NCBI RefSeq assembly: GCF_042660085.1
Contig: NZ_JBHSTI010000008.1
Location: forward strand, 1,449,876-1,481,875
Reading direction: 5' to 3'
Length of the DNA stretch: 32,000 nt
Source of the DNA: Longivirga aurantiaca
Lineage (GTDB): Bacteria; Actinomycetota; Actinomycetes; S36-B12; CAIYMF01
Both the position numbers and the translations under genes were made by a program. Shown piece after piece: positions 24,230 to 32,000 of the stretch. Positions within the stretch are counted from its first letter, which is position 1. Every line of letters starts with the position of its first letter. Below the pieces are notes generated by a model. That model ran no database searches. It saw only the letters and a list, made by a program, of their open reading frames with translations, and had not been told where the DNA came from.

Positions 24230-24976
24230 TCACATGAACGCTGCGACCGCCGCGGTCAGGAGCGGGGCGACCACGAGGGCCGGGAGCATGTCGGCGACCG
24301 GGACGTCGCGGATGCGGAGGAGCCGGAGGGCGACGCCGACCAGCAGCAGCCCCCCGGTGGCCGTGATGGCGGCGATCTGCGCGGCGGGCAGCAGGTCGCC
24401 GAGCGCCAGCCCCACCAGGGTCCAGAAGCCCTGGTAGGCGATCACGGCGAGGGCGGAGGCCGCCACGCCCCAGCCGAGGGCCGCGGCGAAGGCGATCGAG
24501 GCGAAGCCGTCGAGGGTGGCCTTGAGGGCGAGCTGCTCGATCCCGGTCCCGAGCCCGTCGGAGAGCGAGCCGAGGATGGCGAGGGGACCGACGCAGAACA
24601 CCAGCGAGGCCGTCACGAACCCCTCCACGAACCGGTGGCTGCCCGGGGCGTCGTCGCCGCGCACGAGCCGGCGCCGCAGCCAGGCGCCGACGGCCTCGAG
24701 CCGCTGCTCGAGCCCGAGCAGCGACCCGACGACCGAGCCGACCAGCAGCGAGCCGAGCACGATGAGGACGGGTGCCCCGGTGCCTGTGGCCTCGCGCAGG
24801 GCGGGGTCCAGGACGGCGACGGCGGACAGTCCAGCCACCAGCAGGACCACGAGCCCGAGCCCGTCGGTGACCACCTGCCGGGTGCGCTCCGGCAGCCGGT
24901 CGCCGAGCGCGACCCCGATGCCCGAGCCGATCAGGATGGCCACGACGTTCACGAGCGTCCCGGTTCCGGGCGGCAC
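24230..24976 (-). CDS. DUF554-family integral membrane protein
   Basis: The N-terminus GTGTLVNVVAILIGSGIGVALGDRLPERTRQ, the internal ATLDGFASIAFAAALGWGV and the C-terminal LLRIRDVPVADMLPAL fit the family pattern. The GTG at 24976 has RBS gaggag. Confidence 0.7.
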   Translation of the reverse strand: MPPGTGTLVNVVAILIGSGIGVALGDRLPERTRQVVTDGLGLVVLLVAGLSAVAVLDPALREATGTGAPVLIVLGSLLVGSVVGSLLGLEQRLEAVGAWLRRRLVRGDDAPGSHRFVEGFVTASLVFCVGPLAILGSLSDGLGTGIEQLALKATLDGFASIAFAAALGWGVAASALAVIAYQGFWTLVGLALGDLLPAAQIAAITATGGLLLVGVALRLLRIRDVPVADMLPALVVAPLLTAAVAAFM

Positions 24977-25179
24977 GGCGGCTCCTCGCTCGACGGACGG
25001 ATCCTGCGGTGGCGGCGCAGCGCCACGACCGGATCCGTGCCCGGGACCGCCCGGGTGATGCAGATTCTTGCGCGAAGCCCTTGCCGACCGTCGGGGCGGG
25101 GGACCTAGAGTGCTGGACGTGTGACGGGGGGTCACCAGCTGGCAGGGCCTCGGCCCGCGCCGCTCGCCCAGGAGGTGCT

Positions 25180-25794
25180 GTGGGTCGGTCACCCGTCGTG
25201 GTCCGTCCTCTCGCGGCCGCCGAGATCGACTCCCTCGCCCCGCTGTGGGCGGAGTTCCTGGACCAGGAGCAGGCGCCGGTGCCCGGCGGGGTGGACATCG
25301 CCGAGCGGGTCCGCGAGCGCATCCTGGCCTCCGACGGGTCCGTGCACGCGGGCCGCCGTCCCACCTACCGCGTCGTGGTGGCCGAGGTCGACGGAGGCCC
25401 GGTCGGATTCGCGTCGCTCTCCGTGGTCGACCGCGGCCTGCTGTCGTCGACGGGCGCCGTCGTCGTCGACGTCGTCCACGTGAGCAGCTCGTACCGCAAG
25501 CACGGCGTGGGCACCGCGCTGCTGCGCGAGGCCGCGGGCTTCGCCGACGAGGTGGCTGCCGGCGACGTGGTCGTCAACGTGCCGCCGTCGCAACGGGATG
25601 TGAACCGCTTCTTCGCGCGCTACGGCTTCGCGCCCATGGTGGTACGACGTTCCGCCCCGATCGGGCAGCTGCGCCGTCGGCTCGGGGTGGATCCGCGGCT
25701 CGACCCGCGCGACATCACGGTCGACCTGACCCCCGTGCAGCGGTCGCTGCGCCGACGGGTCCTGCTCACGCCGCGCCGCGCCGTGCGGCCCTGA
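25180..25794 (+). CDS. GNAT-family N-acetyltransferase
   Basis: Acetyl-CoA binding motif A-like V..YRKHGVGTALLREAAGFA, then FFARYGF. The GTG at 25180 has RBS ggagg. Confidence 0.7.
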   Translation: MGRSPVVVRPLAAAEIDSLAPLWAEFLDQEQAPVPGGVDIAERVRERILASDGSVHAGRRPTYRVVVAEVDGGPVGFASLSVVDRGLLSSTGAVVVDVVHVSSSYRKHGVGTALLREAAGFADEVAAGDVVVNVPPSQRDVNRFFARYGFAPMVVRRSAPIGQLRRRLGVDPRLDPRDITVDLTPVQRSLRRRVLLTPRRAVRP

Positions 25795-25806
25795 CGCGCT
25801 GATCGC

Positions 25807-26217
25807 TCAGGCGCCCGGGCGGTCCCGCAGCAGGCACGTGATGCGGGACGTGCAGAGCCTGCGGCCCGCGTCGTCCACGACCACCACCTCGTAGCTCGCC
25901 AGGGTGCGGCCGAGGGTGAGGGCGGTCGCCGTCCCCGTGACATGGCCGGAGGTCGCGCTCGCGTGGTGCGTGGCGTTGATCTCGATGCCCACCGGAACCT
26001 TCTCCGGCCCGCCGTGGATGGCTGCGGCGATCGATCCGAGGGTCTCGGCGAGCACCACGCTCGCGCCGCCGTGCAGGAGCCCGAAGGGCTGCCGGTTCCC
26101 GGCGACCGGCATGCGGGCCACCATCCGCTCGGCTCCCGCCTCGAGGATCTCGATCCCCATCGTCTCGGCGAGCTCGCCGAGCCCGAGCCGCCTCGCGAGC
26201 TCCACGTTGTCCGTCAT
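25807..26217 (-). CDS. Hotdog-fold thioesterase (PaaI/DHNA-CoA hydrolase-like)
   Basis: FGLLHGGASVVLAETLGS and INATHHASATSGHVTGTA are typical of the PaaI-type family. Confidence 0.75.
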   Translation of the reverse strand: MTDNVELARRLGLGELAETMGIEILEAGAERMVARMPVAGNRQPFGLLHGGASVVLAETLGSIAAAIHGGPEKVPVGIEINATHHASATSGHVTGTATALTLGRTLASYEVVVVDDAGRRLCTSRITCLLRDRPGA

Positions 26218-26240
26218 GGGTCCACCCTAGGATCGACCGC

Positions 26241-28928
26241 ATGACTGCGTCGTCGGGTCGGCCCCGCCTCCTGCTCCTCGACGGCCACTCCCTGGCCTAC
26301 CGCGCGTTCTACGCGCTGCCGGTGGAGAACTTCTCGACCACGACCGGCCAGGCCACCAACGCGGTCTACGGCTTCACCTCGATGCTCATCAACGCGCTGC
26401 GCGACGAGCAGCCCACGCACCTCGCCGTCGCCTTCGACGTGTCCCGCCAGACCTTCCGCTCGGTGGAGTACCCCGAGTACAAGGCGACCCGCTCGGCCAG
26501 CCCGGACGAGTTCAAGGGTCAGGTGCCGCTCATCCGCGAGGTCCTCACGGCTCTCAACGTGCCGTACGTCGAGGTTGAGGGCTTCGAGGCCGACGACCTC
26601 ATCGCGACGCTCACCACCCAGGCCGAGGCTGCCGGCTTCGACGTCCTCATCATCACGGGCGACCGCGACGCGTACCAGCTCGTCGACGAGCACGTCACCG
26701 TGCTCTACCCGAAGAAGGGCGTTAGCGACCTCGCGCGCATGACCCCCGAAGCGGTGCAGGACAAGTACGGCCTCAGCCCCGCTCAGTACCCCGACTACGC
26801 CGCGCTGCGGGGAGACCCGAGCGACAACCTCCCCTCGATCCCAGGCGTGGGGGAGAAGACCGCGGCGAAGTGGGTGCGCGAGTTCGGGTCGCTCGCCGAG
26901 CTCGTCGAGAGGGTTGACGAGGTGAAGGGCAAGGCGGGCGACTCCCTGCGTGCGGGCCTGTCCGACGTCGTCCGCAACCGCAGGCTGACCGAGCTGGTGC
27001 GCGATGTGCCGTTGCCGCTCGCACCGGCCGACCTGGAGCGCCGCAGCTTCGACCGCGACACCGTGCACGAGGTGTTCGACGCCCTGCAGTTCCGTGTCCT
27101 GCGCGAGCGGCTCTTCGCGCTGCACGGCGACGACGCCGCCCCCGCCGGCGCCGCCGAGGACGTCGAGGTGGCGGCCCCCGCCGCCGGCGGTCTCGGCACC
27201 TGGCTCGCCGAGCACGCGGCCGCAGGCGTCCGGGTCGGGCTCGTGCTCGACGGCACCTGGGGACGGGGCACGGGCGACGTCGAGTCGTTCGCGATCGCGT
27301 CACCCGACGGAGCCGTGGCCTGGTGGCCGGTGTCGGGGCTGCTGCCCGACGACGAGTCCGCACTGTCCGCGTGGCTCGCCGACCCCGCGCGCCCCAAGGC
27401 GATGCACGACGCCAAGGGGCCCGTGCTCGCGCTGCGCGCCCGCGGCCTCCCGCTGTCGGGGCTCACCTGCGACACCGCGCTGGCGGCTTACCTCGTGCTG
27501 CCGGGGCAGCGCAGCTTCGACCTGAGCGACCTCGTGCCGCGGTTCCTGAAGCGCGACCTCGCCGGGGCCGCGGCAGCAGGGTCCGACCAGCTGTCGTTCG
27601 ACACTGATCCCGACGAGGCCCGCGCCGCGTCGATGGGGATGCAGGCCAAGGCCGTCCTCGACCTCGCGGGAGCGCTCGAGGACGAGCTCGAGGTACGGGG
27701 CGGCACGGCGCTGATGACCGACGTCGAGCTGCCGCTGCTGTCGGTGCTCGCCGACCTCGAGCAGGCGGGCATCGCGGTCGACCTCGACCACCTGCACGGT
27801 CTCGAGGACGAGTTCGCCGAGTCGATGCGGGGCGCCGAGGCCTCGGCGCACGAGCTCGCCGGCCGCCCCTTCAACCTCGGATCGCCCAAGCAGCTGCAGG
27901 AGATCCTGTTCGGCGAGCGCGGGCTCCCGACCACCAAGAAGATCAAGACCGGGTACACGACCGACGCCGACGCCCTGCAGTCGCTGTTCGCGCAGACGGG
28001 CGACCCGCTCCTCGAGCAGCTGCTGCGCTGGCGCGACGTCTCCAAGCTGCGCCAGACCGTCACGGGACTGCTGTCGTCGGTCTCGGACGACACCCGCATC
28101 CACACCACCTTCAACCAGATCGTGGCTGCCACCGGCCGGCTCTCGTCGCAGGACCCCAACCTGCAGAACATCCCGATCCGCACCGACGAGGGTCGCCGCA
28201 TCCGCAGCGGCTTCGTCGTCGGGCCCGGGTACGAGTGCCTGCTCACCGCCGACTACAGCCAGATCGAGATGCGGCTCATGGCCCATCTGTCGGAGGACGC
28301 CGGCCTCATCGAGGCGTTCAACTCCGGCGAGGACCTGCACAACTACGTCGCGTCGCGCGTGTTCGGCGTCGCGCCGTCCGAGGTGGACGCCTCCCAGCGC
28401 AGCAAGATCAAGGCCATGTCCTACGGCCTCGCGTACGGGCTGTCGCCGTTCGGTCTCTCGCAGCAGCTCGGCATCACCCCGGGCGAGGCGAGCGGCCTCA
28501 TGGACGAGTACTTCGAGCGCTTCGGCGGGGTGCGCGACTACCTCCGCGAGGTGGTCGACCGCGCGCGGGGCACGGGCTACACCGAGACGATGCTCGGCCG
28601 GCGCCGCTACCTGCCGGACCTCACCTCCGACGTCCGGCAGCGGCGCGAGATGGCCGAGCGGATGGCGCTCAACGCGCCGATCCAGGGTTCGGCCGCCGAC
28701 ATCGTCAAGGTCGCGATGCTGCGCGTCGACTCCGCGATCCGGGCGCGGGGCCTCGCGTCGCGCATGCTGCTGCAGGTGCACGACGAGCTCGTGCTCGAGG
28801 TCGCGCCGGGCGAGCTCGACGCCGTGCGCGAGGTGGTCACCGAGGGCATGGGCGGTGCCGTGCCGCTGACGGTGCCGCTCGACGTCTCGGTCGGCGTGGG
28901 ACGCACCTGGGAGGACGCGGGCCACTGA
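26241..28928 (+). CDS. polA: DNA polymerase I
   Basis: 5' nuclease LLLLDGHSLAYRAFYAL...GDRDAYQL...GDPSDNLPSIPGVGEKTA. Polymerase motifs: A LLTADYSQIEMRLMAH, B RSKIKAMSYGLAYG, C LLQVHDELVLE. Confidence 0.97.
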   Translation: MTASSGRPRLLLLDGHSLAYRAFYALPVENFSTTTGQATNAVYGFTSMLINALRDEQPTHLAVAFDVSRQTFRSVEYPEYKATRSASPDEFKGQVPLIREVLTALNVPYVEVEGFEADDLIATLTTQAEAAGFDVLIITGDRDAYQLVDEHVTVLYPKKGVSDLARMTPEAVQDKYGLSPAQYPDYAALRGDPSDNLPSIPGVGEKTAAKWVREFGSLAELVERVDEVKGKAGDSLRAGLSDVVRNRRLTELVRDVPLPLAPADLERRSFDRDTVHEVFDALQFRVLRERLFALHGDDAAPAGAAEDVEVAAPAAGGLGTWLAEHAAAGVRVGLVLDGTWGRGTGDVESFAIASPDGAVAWWPVSGLLPDDESALSAWLADPARPKAMHDAKGPVLALRARGLPLSGLTCDTALAAYLVLPGQRSFDLSDLVPRFLKRDLAGAAAAGSDQLSFDTDPDEARAASMGMQAKAVLDLAGALEDELEVRGGTALMTDVELPLLSVLADLEQAGIAVDLDHLHGLEDEFAESMRGAEASAHELAGRPFNLGSPKQLQEILFGERGLPTTKKIKTGYTTDADALQSLFAQTGDPLLEQLLRWRDVSKLRQTVTGLLSSVSDDTRIHTTFNQIVAATGRLSSQDPNLQNIPIRTDEGRRIRSGFVVGPGYECLLTADYSQIEMRLMAHLSEDAGLIEAFNSGEDLHNYVASRVFGVAPSEVDASQRSKIKAMSYGLAYGLSPFGLSQQLGITPGEASGLMDEYFERFGGVRDYLREVVDRARGTGYTETMLGRRRYLPDLTSDVRQRREMAERMALNAPIQGSAADIVKVAMLRVDSAIRARGLASRMLLQVHDELVLEVAPGELDAVREVVTEGMGGAVPLTVPLDVSVGVGRTWEDAGH

Positions 28929-28968
28929 CGGCGGGCAGGTGCGCGGAGCCCGTGCCAGGATCGAGCGC

Positions 28969-30429
28969 ATGTCGCCGCTCCGCCGTGCCGTCCCCCTGGT
29001 CGCCCTCGTCGCGACAGCCCTGGTGCTGAGCGCCTGCGGCGGATCCGCCGAGGTGGACCGCGCGCGGCAGGTGACGCCCGACGTCCCGTTCACCGGATGC
29101 GACGTCGCGGCCTGCAGCGACACGATCGACGGTGCTCCCTACCAGATCCTGCTCCCGGAGACCTGGAACGGGACCCTGCTCATCTACAGCCACGGCTATC
29201 GCCAGGCGCAGCCGGCCCCGCCCGCCTTCACGCCCGTCTCGACCAAGCCCGAGCCGGCACCCGGGTGGTCGGGCGGCGACACCGCGATCGCCGATGCGCT
29301 CCTGGAGCAGGGCTACGCGCTCGCCGGCTCGGCGTACGCCAGCAACGGCTGGGCCGTGGCCGACGGCGTCAAGGCCGCCGAGGACCTGTACGCCTACTTC
29401 AAGGACACCATCGGCAACCCATACCGCACGATCGTGTGGGGCGACTCGCTCGGCGGGCTCATCACCCAGACGATCGCCGAGAAGCACCCGGACTGGGTGG
29501 ACGGCGTCGCACCGTTCTGCGGCGCGGTGGCCGGCGTGGTGCCCAACATCGGGCTCGCCCTCGACGTGTCCTACGCCGTGAAGACGCTGCTGTACCCCGA
29601 GATGAAGCTGACGGGCTTCGCGTCCTACGAGGAGGCGGTCACGACCTGGACCGAGGCGGTCAAGCGGCTCGTCGCCGCCGCGCAGGACACCGCCGGGGGC
29701 GGCACTGCCAAGGTCCTCTACATCGCGGCCCTCGTCGACTGGCCCACGCAGACCCAGCGCTTCGACGGCGCGGCGATCGAGAGCAAGGTGAAGGCGTCGG
29801 TGGAGGCGCTCGCCACCGGGCTCGGCTTCGCCACCTTCGCCCGCTACGACCTCGAGCAGCGGTTCGGCGGCAACCCGTCGGGCAACGTCGGCACCGACTA
29901 CGCAGCGCGGGTCAGCGCCGAGGAGGCGTCGCTCATCGACACCATCACGCCGGGATCGGTGGCCTCGCTGGGCGCAGCGCTCGCAGCGGGCGAGCGGGTG
30001 CCGGCCGACGAGGCGGCCGTCGCCAAGGCCCTGGCCGAGGGCGGCGACCCGCAGGGCACCGTGCAGGACCCGACCATCACGATCCACACCGCGACCGACC
30101 CCCTCGTGCTCTCGCAGAACCAGACGTTCCTCCTCGACCGCTACCGGGCGGCGCAGAAGGCGGGGAAGACCAAGGCGGAGCTCGTGCAGCTCTTCACGGT
30201 GGCTCCGGCGACCTACCCGGAGGACCCGGGTGCGCCGTACGGTGCGGGCCACTGCAACTTCACGCCCGAGTCGCGGCTCGCCGTGATCGACCTGCTGGTG
30301 CGGTGGGTCCAGGACGGCGTCTACCCCGGCAGGACCGCGATCGCCGACGCGATGGGTACGTCGTCCGGCTACGCGCCTCTCTGGACCCCCGGCCCCTGGC
30401 CGGACCCCGAGGCCCTGACGGCGGGCTGA
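28969..30429 (+). CDS. Secreted lipoprotein with alpha/beta-hydrolase-like nucleophile elbow
   Basis: Lipobox ATALVLSAC|GGS. The GDSLGG motif sits in VWGDSLGGLITQTIAEKHPDWVDGVAPFCG. The substrate is unknown. Confidence 0.6.
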   Translation: MSPLRRAVPLVALVATALVLSACGGSAEVDRARQVTPDVPFTGCDVAACSDTIDGAPYQILLPETWNGTLLIYSHGYRQAQPAPPAFTPVSTKPEPAPGWSGGDTAIADALLEQGYALAGSAYASNGWAVADGVKAAEDLYAYFKDTIGNPYRTIVWGDSLGGLITQTIAEKHPDWVDGVAPFCGAVAGVVPNIGLALDVSYAVKTLLYPEMKLTGFASYEEAVTTWTEAVKRLVAAAQDTAGGGTAKVLYIAALVDWPTQTQRFDGAAIESKVKASVEALATGLGFATFARYDLEQRFGGNPSGNVGTDYAARVSAEEASLIDTITPGSVASLGAALAAGERVPADEAAVAKALAEGGDPQGTVQDPTITIHTATDPLVLSQNQTFLLDRYRAAQKAGKTKAELVQLFTVAPATYPEDPGAPYGAGHCNFTPESRLAVIDLLVRWVQDGVYPGRTAIADAMGTSSGYAPLWTPGPWPDPEALTAG

Positions 30430-30438
30430 GACGGACCG

Positions 30439-30849
30439 TCAGGCCGAGGTGCGTGAGCGACGGGGGCGGGTCGCGACCTGCGCGACGCAGGCAGGCACGG
30501 TCTCCAAGGCGCTGTGGTCGCGTGAGCGGTACTGCGAAGGCGTCTCTCCGACGATCTCGGTGAACCTGGCGCTGAAGGATCCCAGCGAGGTGCAGCCGAC
30601 GGCCATGCAGGTGTCGGTGACCGACATCCCCTGCCGCAGAAGGGATGCAGCGCGCTCGATACGTCGCGTCATGAGGTACGAGTACGGCGTCTCGCCGTAG
30701 GCCGCCCGGAACCTGCGGGAGAAGTGGGCCGGCGACATCAGTGCGGCGCGCGCCATGGTCGGCACGTCCAGGGGCCTCGCGTACTCGCGGTCCATGAGGT
30801 CGCGCGCCCGCCGCAGGTGCGCGAGGTCGGCGAGCTCCTCCGGCGTCAT
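30439..30849 (-). CDS. Stand-alone AraC/XylS-type HTH transcriptional regulator (136 aa, no sensor domain)
   Basis: SPAHFSRRFRAAYGETPYSYLMTRRIERAASLL...VGCTSLGSFSARFTEIVGETPSQYR is the double HTH of the AraC family. Confidence 0.8.
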   Translation of the reverse strand: MTPEELADLAHLRRARDLMDREYARPLDVPTMARAALMSPAHFSRRFRAAYGETPYSYLMTRRIERAASLLRQGMSVTDTCMAVGCTSLGSFSARFTEIVGETPSQYRSRDHSALETVPACVAQVATRPRRSRTSA

Positions 30850-30865
30850 GGGACGACGGTACGCG

Positions 30866-32000
30866 TCAGCGACGGCGGCTGTGGAGCACCGCCCCCGACA
30901 CCGTGAGCAGCGCCGCAGCGGCGACGACGCACCAGGCGACGGCGACGGGCGACCCGTGTCCCACCGTGAGCACGAGCACGACGAGGACGACCACCGACCC
31001 CCAGACGAGCCCGGCCGCGGCGGGGTCGTCGGCGGCGAGCCGGTCGTAGAGCACCAGCGACGCCGCGGAGAGTGCGACGCCGGCGAGAACGAAGACGCCG
31101 GCGGACGCGGCGGCCACGTCGTACTCGGGCCCGAGCACGAGCGGCACGAGCCGCGGGCCGAGCAGCACGGCCCCGAGGATCTCGACAGCGCCGAGCACGC
31201 CGAGCAGCAGGGCGGCCCGGGCGAGGGCGCCCCGTTCGCCGCGGGCCAGCCGGGGGAACGCCGCGATCACGACCGCCTGCGGCAGCCAGAAGGCGATCTT
31301 GGCCAGGATGGCGCCGGCGGCGTACTGGCCCGCGTCGCCGGGGTCGAGGATCGCGCGCGCCAGGAGGACGTCCGCGGAGGTCAGCACGAACATCGCGAGC
31401 AGCGCGAAGGTGGCGCGTCCGGTCTCCCACGCCAGGTCGCGCGGCACCCGACCCGGCCAGGGGAGGCGGATGCGGGCCAGCGGCGCCGCCACGAGCCAGC
31501 CGAGCACGGAGCCGACGAGGACGGCGAGCACCGTCGCGGTGACGCTCCGCGTGACGAGGAGGGTGCCGAGCGCGAGACCGCTGCGCAGGACAGCGATGAC
31601 GGCGTACTGGCCGGAGAGGGCGAGGAAGCGGTCGTTGCCCTGGGTGGTCCCGAGGGCGAGACCGGTCAGCGTGAGCGGGAGGAACGCCACGGCCAGCGCC
31701 GCGAGCGGGAGCAGGTCGAGGTCGAGCACCGCCGCCGCGAACGGCACGAGCAGGAGCGCGAGTGCCGCCTCGGCAGCGCCCGCGGACAGCGCGACGTGCC
31801 CGTGCGCGTCGCTGGGTCCGCCGCGGGCGATGCGGCGTGCGACGACGGCCTGGACGGCGAGTGCCACCACGTTGCCGATGAGCAGCACGCCGAGCAGGGC
31901 GCCGAGCTCGCCGAACGACGAGGGTCCGAGCACCCTTGCGCCGACGACGTTGAGCGCGTACCCGAGGACCTGGCCGACGGCGAGCCCGAGGACCAGCAGA
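30866..32000 (-). CDS. Polytopic membrane protein, oligosaccharide flippase (Wzx/MOP)-like; 5' end outside the window
   Basis: The frame stays open to base 32000 (...GQVLGYALNVVGARVLGPSSFGELGALLGVLLI, a typical flippase TM1-TM2 junction). At least 10 hydrophobic segments are visible. Confidence 0.5.
   Translation of the reverse strand, partial: LLVLGLAVGQVLGYALNVVGARVLGPSSFGELGALLGVLLIGNVVALAVQAVVARRIARGGPSDAHGHVALSAGAAEAALALLLVPFAAAVLDLDLLPLAALAVAFLPLTLTGLALGTTQGNDRFLALSGQYAVIAVLRSGLALGTLLVTRSVTATVLAVLVGSVLGWLVAAPLARIRLPWPGRVPRDLAWETGRATFALLAMFVLTSADVLLARAILDPGDAGQYAAGAILAKIAFWLPQAVVIAAFPRLARGERGALARAALLLGVLGAVEILGAVLLGPRLVPLVLGPEYDVAAASAGVFVLAGVALSAASLVLYDRLAADDPAAAGLVWGSVVVLVVLVLTVGHGSPVAVAWCVVAAAALLTVSGAVLHSRRR

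Overview
This is a very GC-rich, actinobacterial-type chromosomal window that is almost entirely coding. Bases 1-10873 hold a secretin-less type IV pilus (T4P) locus. It runs pilC (5' truncated by the window edge), three tandem major-pilin paralogues each with its own hairpin terminator, three minor or pseudopilin genes (two unusually large), pilD, pilM, pilN, pilO, and an orphan Pro-rich membrane protein. It abuts the conserved housekeeping operon aroC-aroK-aroB-aroQ-pepQ-efp-nusB (10995-16280). Downstream are a GPH/MFS transporter, a minus-strand tRNA, a PdtaR-like ANTAR response regulator, and a branched-chain amino-acid ABC system (livK on +, livHMGF convergent on -). After these come a DUF554 membrane protein, a GNAT, a hotdog thioesterase, polA, an alpha/beta-hydrolase lipoprotein, a stand-alone AraC-type HTH protein, and a partial flippase-like gene. 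I saw no CRISPR array, transposase, integrase or prophage genes. The points most worth a second look are the multi-pilin cassette and the modular minor pilins. Others are a class-I-sized tRNA whose hand-folded anticodon is CAA, and a LivH permease with an N-terminal secreted beta-sandwich-like extension. All product calls come from motif recognition by eye; no database search was possible. I do not see clear evidence of a wholly new system beyond these.
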